Below, piece by piece: positions 23,741 through 37,959 of a stretch of 64,000 bases of DNA. Below the pieces are notes generated by a model. The model searched no databases, was not told the origin of the DNA, and was given only the letters and a program-made list of their open reading frames with translations. A program made the position numbers and the translations under genes. Origin of the DNA: Stegostoma tigrinum (taxonomy: Eukaryota); contig NC_081364.1 of assembly GCF_030684315.1 (NCBI RefSeq), positions 55,452,152 through 55,516,151 of the forward strand, read 5' to 3'. How positions within the stretch are numbered: the stretch's first letter is position 1; the number at the start of each line of letters is the position of its first letter.

Positions 23741-26700
23741 CTGCTCTATCATGTGCGTGTTCATACATGTGGGCATGGCAAGTGTTCTCGTTTCACCTTC
23801 TGGGAAAACCTAAAAGTTCAGAAGTATGGCTCAATCCTCAGATGTTTATCGTAAAATAAAAATTTATTCAGCTGTTGGACATTAAGAAGGCATTTGGAGA
23901 ATACATGAAGGTTTGGCACTCTGGCCCAAGCGAGTCCTGTAAAGTTTCCAGGAGCACAAAACTGAACCTTGCCCAGTTGGGCTCTGTCTGAAGAGAATTC
24001 CTGAAGGTGAAAAACACAAAGCAGAAGTAGCTCTGTCACACTGAGAAGATTAATTTGCGGAGATGAATTAAAAGTTTTACATCATAATCACGCGGGCTTA
24101 AGTGTGATTATGGAGATGGAAAGGCAGCAGTAACGACTTGCATGATTTCAAAGATCAGATAGAATAAAAAGGTCTGTGCTATGATTCTTGACTTCAGTAC
24201 AATAGGGATGTAGGGCGAATACTGCACTTAGATCCTAAAAGTCATAAGGGGTTACTAACTGTCAATGTGGCATTGATAAGAGAGTTGAGATTATAGTGGG
24301 ATAGTTAGAACAATGGCTTGTATTTTTATAACATGTTTGATGCACCGACTCATCATAAGAGTTATTAAACAATAGTTGGCCAAGCCACACATGTAGCTAT
24401 TAGGAGAAATCACTGAACGTTTGGCCAAAGGCACAGATGTTAAGAAGTCTCCTCAAAGGAGGAAGCAGAGATTGTGAAGCAGCAAATTTATGGGAGGAAA
24501 TTTGTAAGCCCAGAACCTTTGCAGCTGAAGTTTCATTCACCAGTGATGGGGTAATTAAAATTGAGGATGCCCAAAAAGGCTAAAATTGGAGAAGCCAAGC
24601 TATCTCGGAGGGCTGCACGCAGTTACAAAGGAAGGAAGGGATGAAGCTTCGGGGGGATTTGAAAACAAGGGTTGGCATTTGAAATGAGGTGTTCATTGGC
24701 CAGGGACCACTGTAGTGTAAGTGAGAACTGGGTTGATTGGAATGAGGTGTGGCTCAAGTTGAGACATTGGCAGCACAGCTTTGGATGACCTCAAGTTTAT
24801 GGGGGGTAAGAAATGTTTAGGGAATAGAAAAGGCAGAGTCCACGACTTCAACAGCAGTTAGGCTGAGGTGGTATGGAGTCAACTAACATTACTGACACAG
24901 AAATGGAAGGTCTCAGCAATGGTGTGACCGCAAGTGCATCATAGGATCAAAGATGACACTGAGGATGCACACAGTCTAGTTTTAGTCACAGACAGTTGTT
25001 AGGGTTGGGTGTATTGCCAGTAGTTGGGAATGGAGTTTGTGGTGGTGACCAAAGATGATGGATGTATTACTACTGTTACAGTTACACAGAATGTCATTTG
25101 TGACTTTAAAAAAAAAGCAGTTGAGGTTTTTCTGGCAAGGAGAGAAACTGATTGGAAGGATTCAAACGTGGAGTTCAGGGCAAGATGTATATGGATTTGA
25201 GGGAGACATCAAAGGATTTTGATCGGGAAAAGAAACTTGGAGATGGGATGGTGATGTACTTTGCAAAGATGGAAGGGATTAAAGTTGGGCATTTTAAGAA
25301 AGAGAGCAATCATAGCAAATTTGAAGGAGGGAACAATAGAACCTGAAGAGAGGAATCTGTCAACAGTCAGCTAACGTGGGATGCAGAAAAGGAAAGTGCA
25401 TGGTCAAGGCATCGGAGGGTGGGTCCCATTTCAAATACGAGTTTGGTTTGTGCATGTGGGGGAAATAGAAGTGAACCAGCAACCAGAGAAAAATGCAAGT
25501 TAAAGGCAAAACAATTAGGGAAGCCTGGCCCAGTTGGCCTGGGGAAGACAGCGAAGCAGCTGAGATGACTGTAAATCTGGTCTCAGCAAATATTAGCCCA
25601 TGTGCTCCTTATCATTGTTGAATTTAGAAACCCTGAAAATATGTACAAACTCAAACCATTTCAACATCAAATTCACTGTTCTCAGACACAGCCTGAATGC
25701 ATAAAGCATTTATATGCTTCTTGAATGTAGCATAATTCATGACTTTGGAGCTCAATAACTTTATACATGGGCTACTGTAATACACAGCAGTATTCTATAA
25801 ACTGTAACATGATAAATGGCCTGTCAATCTGCTTTGATGACGTTGGATGAGGAAAAAACACTGCCCAGCACAGCAAGAGAACACCACACTTTTCTTATAA
25901 GCTTTAACATTGAGTCTTAACAGCATTTTTTTCAGAAGCCCAACAAAGAATGGAGACTTGAAAACACAATGCACCCTCTGGTACTTCCTTGATGGTTTCA
26001 GATTATCAAGACCCAGAGTGGTGCTTTTACTATCTGGAATTAAAAAAAGGCCCATGCATTCCTTGGGGTTGGGTGTCGCATTGTTAGATAAGGGTGGCAA
26101 ACAGCACAATATAAAATCCTTAAACTTTTCTAAAGAGGCAAATATTAGAATATTGACTGTTTACAGTATTAAATGTGACCAGCTAGCCACCAGTCAAGGA
26201 TTGTAAATTCAACCATGGCCAGAAATGAATCTACACACTCTTTATTCTTTCCCTCCCCTCAACAAATATACTGGTTTCTATCTGAATTAACAGGCTTCCA
26301 AACATAATGCTACCTGCCTTCTGCTGCTTTCTAGTGCTGCTGTGACATGTGTCAGAAAAAGTCATCAGCTTGTGGCCCTCACTGTGCATCAGGCAGAATT
26401 TGGCTGAGATCTGATATACATTATCCAGCTCATAATTTGAACCAGTCCACATAACTAGTTTCAATTAGGATTGGGGCATCCGTGAACTCTCCTAATTATG
26501 GCCCACATTTTCACACATGGTCGCAATTTCCAACATAATAAGATTGCTAATCAATTCAGAATCTAAAATGAAAGGGTCTGTGAAGCAGGAAAGCCTCCAA
26601 ACATTAGGGAAAAGCTGAAGTATTACTTGAGGACAATACACTTAAATTTGAAATGGACGTTTCAAAATACTAGCTTCCAACTTCTGCAACTGGTTTTATT

Positions 26701-28407
26701 TTCCTAATTACTGCTGATGAATAGATTTCCCCTTTACTGTGCTGCAAGATGACATGCAGGTTGCCCACCCACGCTTGACCTCATCCAAATGGCAAAACTT
26801 GCATGAGAAAAATGCCTATCTTTTCTTCACAAATATATAAATGCAAAGGTAGTAAGCGACTCTTTTCAATGAACAAGAAAATAACATTTTCTGAATATAT
26901 TTGGTGGAAACCGTGACAAACCACGTGTTGGCAATTTGAAAACATGCTGGTATTTTCTCAGAGAACTGTGTATTTGAGGTTTGCTTAATGCACATTTTCA
27001 AAATCGTTTCACTTCCCCTCTTGCTAATTAACCTCATCATAAGGTAACTCTGTATATATGACTTTAATTAAGTCAGACTCTGGTAATTCCACTGTAATTA
27101 GTGGTTCAGGAAGGGCAAAGGTCGGAGTTCATGTTCGAAGGCTTTATCAGAAAGCACTTGAGATTAGCCAGGCTCTGTTTTGTAGCTGGACATTCTCAGA
27201 TTTTAATGTATTCCATTCATCATTATAAGTGCTTTCAAGTGGTTGTTTCAAGTTACAACTATATTGTCTCTAACTACAAAATTCAACTTCTCAGTGAATA
27301 ATAGATTTAGTTTTTTTACCTGTTTTTGTAGCCATGTCTGCTGTCCCAGGGGGGACAATCATATTGTGATAAATGGATTTAGAAGCCGAGCATACAGTAA
27401 CATAAAAGATTACATTGCTGGGCTTATTGGTGCACTTTGTCACTCTGATATCCCTGAACTGTAACACTACTGTTGGCAGTAATTGAGGGGTAATCTCAAT
27501 AATCTAAGACCTGCTGAGATTTGGCAGTATTTTGCTTTTCTTTCAGCAGTCCAGCATCTGATTTTCATAGTGAAAGGCATTTGTGACACAAGAGACAACC
27601 TTTTCTCAGCTCTATAGTTATCCGCCGAACATCCCTATTGATCCCCCTCATTCAATCTCATAGTAACGAAGGTGACATTTCACCAGCAATATGTCATTTG
27701 TCAGAAATTGGGTGGAATCTGATAGGGGCCTAAACTATGTGGGCTCTAAGAGGAATCTCAGACAATCACATGAGAAGTTTGAGCAATAGTTAAAGGAGGA
27801 CAGTTTGAGTCTTAGTGGCAGGCAGATGCAGAAGCATAGATACGGTGAGTGTGATTAGCGTAAGTAAAGATGTGGCACTTGCCCTGGCAAAATGGAGAAT
27901 GTCACTTACGCTATTACATTGTTCCAGATGCCTGAGACTGCATTGCGTGGCAATCTCTCATACTAGGCTAATAGGACCTTATGTCATGGCCTCTTCTGCA
28001 TGGGGATAGCTGGTGACTCTCTTCGGCACCATGCCATCTACCAGGACCTTCAGTACCCTGTCCACAACATGAGACACCAATTTCCCATTGCCTGCCATGC
28101 ATGGGGAATATGTCCCAAACTGTGCAGGATAGTTCTGGACTGACAGTGCTTGTCTACAGGGTACAGCAGTCTTTTAAAGATGGCATTGATGCCAGGATGC
28201 TGGCCCATTCTAGCAGGGGTGGGTTGTTCCGGGTACAGCATGTGGTAGAATCACACTAGCATTGGCTAAACCTTGGAGGTTGGTAGATACTTAATTCAGA
28301 CAGTTTGGATAAATAGCAACACTCAGTAGGTCTGAAGGAGTGAAACCTTCGATGAAACTTGATGAAATAGATGTTTAGCTAATAAAAAGGGAAGATTCAG
28401 TCCATGA

Positions 28408-28527
28408 GAGACAAAGAAACTGCAGATGTTGGAATCCAAGGTAGACAACAGGAAGCTGGAAGAATACAGCAGGCCAAGCAGTATCTGGAGGAAAGGTGTA
28501 GTCAATATTTCACGTGTTACCCTTCTT
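28408..28527 (-). mobile_element. Penelope-like 3' end (degenerate)
   Basis: aactgcagatgttggaatccaag...agctggaagaatacagcaggccaagcag...cccttcttc. Confidence 0.65.
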
Positions 28528-29882
28528 CGTCCATTGTTCATTGATGCATACACTCCCTTGGACAACCTGCAAGTAGGCTGTTCCTCTGCATCTGGTTATT
28601 CTATGATGTCAAACCAAGGCACAACTGGCTGCTGGTGGAAGCTTAACTTGAGGTTTCACAGAGGAAGGAGGAAACCTTGGGAGCTGGATTAGCTAAGAGC
28701 TTTGTGGAGTTGAGGTATCAAAAAGTCCTGGAACTGAAGTAAGTGGATAGAGTTCACATACAGATCAATCAAGGTCAGACTGAATATGGACAGTGGCCAA
28801 ACAACAAACTCCTGTTCATGTCTGTAGGAGAGAGGGGCTGAAGAGATAATTAAACAGAATCTGATAAAAATCAAATCATTTAACTTCTTTTTCTTCAATA
28901 GTTCATACAAAATAGTCATTAAAAGAAAGAACAATATGGGCCTCTGTTTTCCACCTTTCATAAGACTTACAATTAAGCTGTACCAACTATACCTTTCAAA
29001 TCAGGCACTCTGGGCAAGTAGGAGCTTGTTCAAAACCATCACACTGGCACTTTTTATAATTTATAGTACTAGGTCTAGTAGTAGAAGGAACCCTTTATTA
29101 TAGCTAGCGCAGAAATTTATGTACATTCAAAAAACTTCAAAAAATTGAAAATAAAATGCAAGTACAAAGGAGTATCATAAGACAATGGAGGTGATGTAAA
29201 GACTAAAATTTTCCTCTGGTCTTGAGCCAGGGTGAACTGTAACGGCATCAAAGGTCAGCCCAGTTACATTAAAAGTTAAAGAAGGCAGAATGACAAATAT
29301 TAAAGATTGGTGAAAGTTGCTTTGTCCTGATCTCTTTTCCTTTCCTTTTTCTTCAATGACTAAATAAATGTATATGATAAAGCATGCTGCTTGTCAATCA
29401 CTAAATCTAGCCTACTGAAGGGGTGAAAGAGAGACACACATACAAAGATGATGAACTCTGTTTTCATTTGATACTTACAGTGAGCTGCATCAAGTTTCAA
29501 TTCCTGACACTGATTATTGCAGGAATTGGTGGGAAAGATAAAAAAAAAACAGAAACACTGAAAGAAGAAGAAAGCTAAAAAAAAAAGCAATAAATAGATA
29601 GAGAATGAAAGAAAGAAAGGACTGTTAAAAAACATTGAACTCTTTCATGAGAGCGCATAAAATCTAAGTGCCAAGTAGTTGTGCTGAAATACGCAATCAT
29701 TCTCAAAGAGCAACAAGAATTTTTCCTAATGTGTACCTTGGAATAATTGGTTTCACATGTGCCAAAAGAAGCTTTTTTTTTGAAAAAAAAAGTTTAACAA
29801 CACACATGAAAGCTAAATGGATCCACAAGTATCTTATTTCTTTCATACCTTAATTTGAAGCCAAATTTCACTAATTACTCAC

Positions 29883-30257
29883 ATATTCATTTCTCTCTTG
29901 GGCCTCTGGTGGCGTTCCATTGGTTGATGCAGGACCATCCCGAGGGTCCCCTTTTGCTGTCTTGCCATTGCTAAATTGTCCCGCGGCTTCATTTTTCTGC
30001 TTTGGGTTAGCTTTTTCTTTGGCACTCCCCACCTGGCCTGGCAGTGCCACTTCTCCAACTCCTAGTGACTCATTCTTGTACTTCCTGACAAACTCCTCCA
30101 TGCTCTTCACCTCACTCTCCGACAAAGCGTGGCATTGGAAAGGGTCCTGGTCATAGACTGGCAGCTGCCTCATCAGTTGCTTACGGCGATAGTAGGCCCC
30201 TTCTGTGCCAGCAATTGGCTGCATTTCCTTTGGAATAAGTTCCATATAATGAATTGC
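29883..30257 (-). CDS. LMCD1: LMCD1 coding exon 4 (PET domain and linker, [39 protein letters not shown]...ERNEY)
   Basis: Inside ORF 29871..30368. Long (CT)-rich tract then ttgccag|GCA ... GAA TAT|gtgagt. 375 nt, phase 0-0. PET motif [28 protein letters not shown]. Confidence 0.97.
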
Positions 30258-31449
30258 CTGGCAAGCAGAGAGAGAGAAAAAGACAGAGAGACAAAGGGAG
30301 AAGTGGAAGAAAAAATGATTTGTGAAGTGTAATAACAAACATACGGCTTTAATTCCTGTCAAGTTCAAGCCAGACTTTCATTATAATTTATAATAATAAC
30401 AACATAACTTGTGCAGAGAGAAGATATTAATTTCATTCACTTCAAACTGAAAAATATAAAGCTCCTTATGCTTTACAAATATTTTCTTTCATATTGTAAA
30501 GTTTTACTATAAATGGTAATAAATTATTGCCAATGGTGGTGCATGTATATTACTCATTCTGAAGCATTAATGGAATCCTACAAATATTGTGTTGTTTGGA
30601 CCATTTCTCTGCTGGTTACACTGTCCACTTTTATTAAATTTAAAATCAGTTCTTATTAAAGCATTGTTATTCAGTTATCACACCAGGTTTATTCTCCAGA
30701 ACATCACACAGATTAAATTTCTTCCTCTTGAAGACAGTTCTGGAATGCTTTACATGCAATTAGAAGTTCAATGATAAAAAAACAGATTTTACAAGATAAT
30801 TCTTATTATCATTTTGAACAGACATTGTTTTGGCACCAACCAACACTAGACTGGATACACATGGGCTGCATAAGATTTCAAGGAGGAGTAGAGTAACTGG
30901 GCAGGAATTTACTGGTAAAACATCAGGAAATATTTTCTTGGCTGCTGTCCATGCATGTCAAATGGATAGATAAATAACTCAAGTAGAATTCTCACTCCTC
31001 CACTCACACTTCAGCTTCCTTGGGAAAGTGGGGTGGGATGTGGCGGGAGAGTAGTGGCTGAGGTACAGCTTTCTATTCTTCTTGCACCTTCTATTCTGCA
31101 TCTAGATTTCCGAACGTAACAGCATACCCTTCCCAAGTTGCTGGAGTTCATCTCATGGTTAGTGATTGCCTGGGTGTTTGACTAAGTTGGCATTGACACC
31201 TAATTAGTAATGGAGACCACAGACTGAGTATTCTAACCATAGTGAACCACGCCACAGATTCCCCATGTCAGCTGCATTGCTCTGCTGGCACAGCATAGGA
31301 AGTACTCTTCACACTCCTAGTCTGGATGTTTTGTACTCTTTTGCAGAATACTGCCCCAGGTGTGGGCAGACTATAGTTGCACAAAACACTCAGTCATCAT
31401 CCTCAGCCCACCAACCAACTGTACACTGAAATCAACACCTGTACTCTTT

Positions 31450-32172
31450 TTTTTGTTCAGTCCTGGGTATGGCTAGACATCATTTATCACCCATCCCTAG
31501 TTGCCCTTGAGAAGATGGTGGTGAACTACCTCCTTAAACTGCTGCAGACCATGTGCTGCAGGTAGACCTGCAATGCCTTTAGAGAGGGAATTCTCGGATT
31601 TTGACCTGGTGACACTGAAAGAACGATGATATATTTCCAAGTCAGGATATCGAGTGGCTTGGAAGGGTACTTGCAGGTGATGGAGTTCCCATGTATCTGC
31701 TGCCCTTGTCCTTACAGACGAAAGTGATCATGGGTTTGGAAGGTGACATCTAAGGATCTTCAAAGAATTTCTGCAGTGCATCTTGTAGATGGTACATACT
31801 GTTGCTACTGAGCATCGCTGGTGGAGGGAGTGGCTGCTTGTGGAAATGGCACCAAACAAGTGGCTGGCATTGTCTTAGATGATGTCAAGCTTCTTGAGTG
31901 TTGTTGGAGTTGCATATATCCAGGTAAATGGGGAGCATTCCACCACATCCCTGAGTTGTGCTCTGTCAATGGTGGACAGGCTTTGGGGAATCCGGAGGTG
32001 AGTTAATCGCCACAGTATTCCCAGTCTCTGACCTGCTCTGGTATTCGTGTGGCCGGTCCAGTTGGGTTTCTGGTCAATGGTAAACCCCAGGATGTTGACA
32101 GTGGGGGATTCAGTGATGGTGTTACCATTGAATGTCAAGTAGCAGTGGTTAGATTGTCTCTTATTGGAGATG
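31450..32172 (-). mobile_element. LINE family B, 3' part (left of Gypsy insertion)
   Basis: Minus ORF 31875..32201 has ESPTVNILGFTIDQK.NW..H...RAGQRLGILWRL (LINE RT C-terminus); poly-T tail at ~31447. Confidence 0.85.
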
Positions 32173-34418
32173 GGCTCTAAGGGAGCTGGATCTTTCCACA
32201 TGTAAATTAAGGGTGACTTGGTGATGGGATACCAGCCTCTGCCGAGTTATTTCAGTGGCACAAGAGCAAAGTTCCTGAAGAAATTCACTCGCAACAAGCA
32301 TTTCTGGCATCATGCCATTACCAGGAAAAATGTGTGTTCCAGGCACCCCAAGTGACCTGCCTGGGCCAGTGAGTCAACAAGACCAGTTTCACCCATTGGG
32401 TGATAAAATGAGGGCGATCAAAGGTGCCCTGGTTCCCATGTCTCTACTAGAGCTTAGGACTTTCTTTAGGCTGGTGAATTATTATGGAAAGTTCATCCAT
32501 CAACTCCCAAAAAGGGCCTAACTAGGAAATGATCGCATAGCCAAGCCAATCCATAGCTTTCAGGGAAGTGAAGAAAAAGCTATCATCCTGTAAGCTGTTG
32601 GCACACCATTATCCCAAGCGAGATCTGGTATTGACATGCGAGGTCTCCCCATACAGCACTGGGATAGTATTAGGTCATAGGTGGCCCATTGGGGTGAAAC
32701 GCCCAATAGCGTATGCATCTAGGGCTTAGGCTAATGCACAGCATAAGTATGCCCAGACAGAGAAGGAAGGTTTAATGGTCATATCTGGAGTCAGGATGTT
32801 CCACCAATGCCTTTACAGACATAAATCTGTTATAACAGTAGAAAACAGGGCCCTGCCTGATCTGTTTAAAGAGGTTGAGGTGGTGCCACCCATAACATCA
32901 GGCCAAAGTATTAGAGCCCATTTGCTGCCTAAGGGCGTATAATTACAGGTTGGAACACATTCCAGGAGGCTAAGTAGTGAATGTAGAAATACTGAGCCAC
33001 CTCCCACTGGCAGATACACCACTGGTGGTATTACCACAGAATGACCTCATAACGTTTTTAAATTTTTCTGGACACGCTTCCAGTCACAGATGTCAATATC
33101 AGACTTTGGATGCAGAAAGATCTGTTCATGGCAAAACTGAAACAGCTGGTAGTGATGGGAGAAACCAAAGGGCCATCACAACCAGAACTGAAACCATTTT
33201 GAACCCATGGAGACCAGATCACAGCGGTGGACAACATATTATTATGGGGAGGAAGAGGGATTGTTTCAAGCAAACACTGCCGCCAGATACTGACTGAACT
33301 CCACCAGGGTCGTCCGAAATGAAGATGTCAACAAGAAGTTACGTCTGATGGCCAAGATTGGCTGCAGATGTAGCCGTGTTATTGGGACAGTGCCCAGAGT
33401 GCCAACAAGGGCAAAAATTACCACCTAAAGCTCCCCAACATTTGTTGCAATAGCCGGGTAAACCCTGGGCTCAGTTACTTGTTGGCTATGTAGGTTTTTC
33501 CATGGGCTCAGTGTTTTTAGTCATTTGTGGATACTCACTCAAAGTGGCTGGACGTGTACAAAGTTCCTTCATCAAACACAAGGACAACAATAGAAAAGCC
33601 GCGAGCATCTTTTGCAATGAACAGACTCCCAGAAGTGTTGGTCATAGGTAACAGACCATTGTTTACCCCAAGGGAATTTGAGTATTTCCCAAAGTTGAAA
33701 GGCATTCAACATATCAATACAGCTCCATACCATCTATCATCCAATGGCCTAGTAGATAAACCATTTGAATGCAGGCTTAAACAAACAGCTACAGTGTCAC
33801 GAGATATTGACTGTCCCAGTTCATATTTGATTCCAGGGCCACCCCTCATGCAACTACAGGGATAGCTCCAGCAGTGACACTATTGGAGAGAAGGCTTCAT
33901 ACCTCATTGGAGTAAAACATGCCCAGCTTGTCCGGGCAAATGGAAAGGTTCTCCCTCTCCATCAAGCACTGAAGAGACCTCGGAATCTGAGATGAACACT
34001 GTGGATGTCACTGCCTTATGAAGAGGATGAACTTATTCCAAGATGCTCAAGCGAGCGACTGTATGTTAAATACTGCTGGATTCAAGGCACAGTTAGAGGA
34101 ACCTGGTCCAGTTCTAGAACACCCCAGAAGGAGCTCCAAGATAAAGAACTGACCTATGTCCTCAGACTCAGAGGAGGTGGGATGTAGCAACTGTAGCAAA
34201 GTCAGCTAGGTGGACATCACAGGCTATGAGTTGTCTGATTGGGGCTGTTAATCTGGTTCAATCAAGGAGAGCTGGTTGGCAGATATAAACAGGAGTTTCA
34301 AGGGTTCTGTTCACTCTGAGAGTTGGCTCTGAGGGAGCTAGATTAATGTCAAGGGCTTACCTTTTATTTAGACGTGGAATCTTGGGGACAGGATACCGGT
34401 CTCAGTGAAGGTATTTCA
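32173..34418 (+). mobile_element. Gypsy/Ty3 LTR retrotransposon relic (partial 5' LTR 32173-32254, degenerate RT-end/RNase H/integrase, PPT, 3' LTR 34183-34418)
   Basis: ELRTFFRLVNYYGKFI (RT thumb), RNase H-like gcgtatgcatctagg / tatgcccagacagagaaggaa, integrase DTHSKWLDV...PEVLV..N.P.FT..EF...HINTAPYH.SSNGLV. Purine tract GAGGAGGTGGGA before TG. Both LTRs end ggatacc.g.ctc....tatttCA. Confidence 0.9.
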
Positions 34419-35040
34419 ACAACCATCTTCCTCTGCGCCAGATATGACTCCAACGCAGTGAAGAGTTTTCCCCCAATACCTATTGATTCCAGTTTTGCTA
34501 GGGCTCCACACTTGGTCCAATACAGTCTTGATGTCACCTCACCTCTGGAATTCAGCTCTTTCGTCCATGTTTGAACCAGAAGCTGATTGACCCTGGCAGA
34601 TGCCAAATTGGGTGTCACTAAGCAGGCTATTGCTAAGGGTGTGCTGCTTGATAGCAGTATTGATGATACCTTCCATCACTTTACTGATGATTGAGAGTTG
34701 ACTGCTAGGGCGGTAATTGGCTGTGTTGGAGTTGTTCCAATTTTTTGTGAATAGAACATAACTGGGCAATTTTCCACATCATTGGGTAGATGCCAATGTT
34801 GTAACTGTACTGGAAAAGCTTGGCTACGGGCTTTGTAAGTCCTGGAGCACAGGTTTTCAGTGCTGTTGTTGGAATGCTGTCAAGGCCCATAGCCTTTGCA
34901 GTATTCAGGGCCTCAAACAGTTTCTTGATATCACCTGGAGTGAGTTGAATTGGCTGAAGACTGGCATCTGTGGTGCTGGCAACAACTGGAGGAGGCTGAG
35001 ATAGTTCATCCACATGGCATTTCTGGCTGCCATGATGGTT
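34419..35040 (-). mobile_element. LINE family B, RT portion (right of Gypsy insertion)
   Basis: KAMGLDSIPTTALKTCAPGLTKPVAKLFQYSYNIGIYPMMWKIAQ, ANYRP.S.LSIISKVMEGII, LLSDTQFG. Confidence 0.9.
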
Positions 35041-35707
35041 GCCCTTCCCAGAATCCCACATTATGAAGGCAAGAATGCTGAACGCGATTGACCACATTGA
35101 AGCCAACCTGGGCATACTGCTCTTTGAGGACTTTCAGAATCCATTGAATACGAGACTCAAATCAGGCAAACCCTTCTTGTATCTCTGTGATGCTTTGAAT
35201 TGTATAGATTTTGATGAGAAAGACGAATGGCGTGGTGTGTGATCTGACAGTAGGGTCTTTAGGGTTTGAACTCCCTCGAAAAGTGATCCACATGCAACAG
35301 GATCAGCACTCTGTGCAATGACATTCCACCTGCTCCAAATGAAACTCAAAGAGAGCACAGCAAGCAGCAATGACCAGCCTAACCACATTGCAAATGCATC
35401 TGGCCACAAAAATATGTACTGTGTAAAGACTGGCTTGTACCTAAAATCGTAACGGTGCAAGATGCCATACTTGAAATGATGACAAAATCAGAAAAAGTTC
35501 AAAATCCACTCCTTTTCCCAGGACTCGCTAAGGAGTAACAGAAGGAAAACAATTACAAAGTTTCAGTAAGCCTGCAGATCCTGTTGGGGACCGACGCTCA
35601 TATTACAGAGACTAACCTTAAATGGGTCTGAGCCATGTAGGTAAGGGAGCTCCCAGATTTGGAAAAGACTGATAAACTTTAGCCTGAGCAATGGTACCTG
35701 CATTACA

Positions 35708-35915
35708 GAAACACAGAAATTGCTGGGAAAACTCAGTAGGTCTGACAACATCTTTGGAGAGAAAGCAGAGTTAATGTTTTAAGTCCAGTTGACCCAATTT
35801 CAAACCTGGATCCAATCTGCTTTCTCTCCACAGATGCTGCCAAACCTGCTCAGTTTTCCTCGCAATTTTTGTTTACGTTTCTGATTTCCAGCATCCACAG
35901 TTCTTTGTGGGTTTT
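35708..35915. mobile_element. Palindromic Penelope-derived short insertion (older subfamily)
   Basis: Left arm aaattgctgggaaaactcagtaggtctgacaacatctttggagagaaagcaga pairs with right arm tctgctttctctccacagatgctgccaaacctgctcagttttcctcgcaattt. Tail on the right only. Confidence 0.75.
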
Positions 35916-36624
35916 TTTTAAAACCTGAACTACATCCAGTTTCAACCATATATTTTCCAGAAAGTTTTATAAGGTAGCAAATATAAGCTGAAAACCCAAA
36001 TGCATTTCCTCCGTTCTGCCACAGTGGGGACATACTTCCGAAAACACCAAGTTAGTACGAAAACAAGCCAAGGATGAAGCTGGAAACCACAAGTATGAAA
36101 TCATCCAGTCCTAGTTGATTACATCCATAAACTATTACCCAAATATGGGCATTTCTTTGCATCATGCATCCAAAAATGACGAAAACCAGAGACTTTGTAA
36201 ATAACGTGTGTCATTTATTACCAGTCAGTTTACAGCACATTCAGACAACTGCTGACAGAGGACAGAAGATTAAATGCTCACTGTTGCTAAATTAAAGATG
36301 TGATAATGATTGGGAATATCCCAAAGCATGTTCATATTCTGGCCAGAAGCTTTCTGACATCTTGCACTGAAACAACAGCATAATTGTGGCATAATGTAAA
36401 TTGCCTGCATTAAAGAACAGGGCAATTTGGGCAGGAATGATTTGCACCCATTTTCAACCTCAACTTCATGATCTTGAGCTTTTGCATTAATTGCTTGAAC
36501 CTTCTGTCAACTTTTCTCGGCTGCTCATTAAAACAGCTTCCTCGTTACCCGTGCAAGAGTGCAGTTTCACACAAATTGTCTGAATTTATGCAATTTTGAA
36601 GGGCTGTACACTTACCCACATCCA

Positions 36625-36930
36625 TGGAGAGATCAATGACAGGGGACAGGTTTAAAGTAACTAATAAAACAGCAAAAGTGAGGGAAAAGTTTCATGCAGC
36701 AAGTGGTCAGGATCTGGAATGCACTGGCTAAGAGCGTCGTGCGAGCAGGCAGTTTCGATAGAGGTAGTCAAAAACGAATTAGGTGGCTATTTGAAAAAAA
36801 GGCAATGGATAAAGTTATGGGCAGCAGGAAGGAGAACATCGCTAAGGGACAAGCACATATGGAGAGTCAGTATAAACGAAGTAGGCTGAATGGTCTCCAT
36901 TGTGTTGCAACAGTTCTGGGATTCTGATTC
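36625..36930 (+). mobile_element. Degenerate CR1-type 3' fragment
   Basis: RGQVFK / QQVVRIWNAL motifs and aggctgaatggtctcc 3' end. Confidence 0.6.
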
Positions 36931-37166
36931 ATCAATTCTAAATGCAAAGTATAATTTATGGTATGTTGTGCAGTTCTTATTCAGGCATTTTTTTTGGTAG
37001 AAGTTTTCTCATTGTGATCCAAAATAACTTGCCTGTATGCTTCTGGGATCATACTGATTTGTGTGCAAAATTGAAAAACTTCCCAACAATCTACTTTCTT
37101 CTGGGTGGATTGGGACTGATAAAACTGAGGTTTAAAGAGTCTCTGAAGTAGTCTTAAGCTATAGTG

Positions 37167-37363
37167 AGGTAGTAGGAACTGCCGATGCTGGAGTCTGAGA
37201 TAATATGGTGTGGAGCTGGAGGAACACAGCAGGCCAAGCAGCATCACAGCAGCAGGAAAGCTGACGTTTCATAAATGTCTGAAGATGGGTCCCGAAACGT
37301 CAGCTTTCCTGTTCCTCTGATGTTGCCTGGCCTGCTGTGTTCCTCCAGCTCTACACCTTGTTA
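37167..37363. mobile_element. Palindromic Penelope-derived short insertion
   Basis: Tail on the left, arms meet at a reduced core CTGAAGATGGGTCCCGAAACGTC (37279-37301). Degenerate 15-bp TSD tcttaagctatagtg / tcttatgcaacaatg. Confidence 0.85.
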
Positions 37364-37959
37364 TCTTATGCAACAATGTTAGTTTATTCTCAGCTCAAGA
37401 CAATGCCTTGGTCAAGGAGTTGACGCTCACACTGAATGGCGGCTCAGAAGAGCTAGCCTCTAAATAGCTAACTGCCACTAAAATACCTGATCGTTCTCAC
37501 TGAAGAGGCTGCAGAATATTTTGGTGGCTAGCACTTCCAACTACTGTCCTCAGCCAACAACAAGCAGCTCTTTAGGAGTGAAGACAGTGTTGATGTAAAT
37601 TCCAAGCAGTTCATTTATGGGTTCCTCATTTCATCTTCTCCTGCTGCTGGATCTGTAATGAGGATCTCTGAATCACATTGGTGGGACATTTAATTAAGGC
37701 TTCATCAACACTTGAGCAATTTTTATTCTGGAAATTCTCCACAGCCCCTACCTAATAATAAGCAACTGCTGTGCTATCCTATGCCACGGAATTCATTGGG
37801 AGTATGAGTAAAGGAAATCATGATAGGGATTCCCCGGACAGTCAATCAAAGGAGGACATGAGACAAAACAGAGAAGCACCATGTGTCATTGGAAGCCAAT
37901 GGATAGCAAGGGTCATGCAAGGACATACACTACACTGGCCAAACAGAATCTCTACACAT

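Noticed and set aside
24400-25450. Possible old L2-like LINE (purine-rich plus strand)
   Set aside because: Compositionally suggestive, but no protein motif could be read, so it is not reported as a feature.
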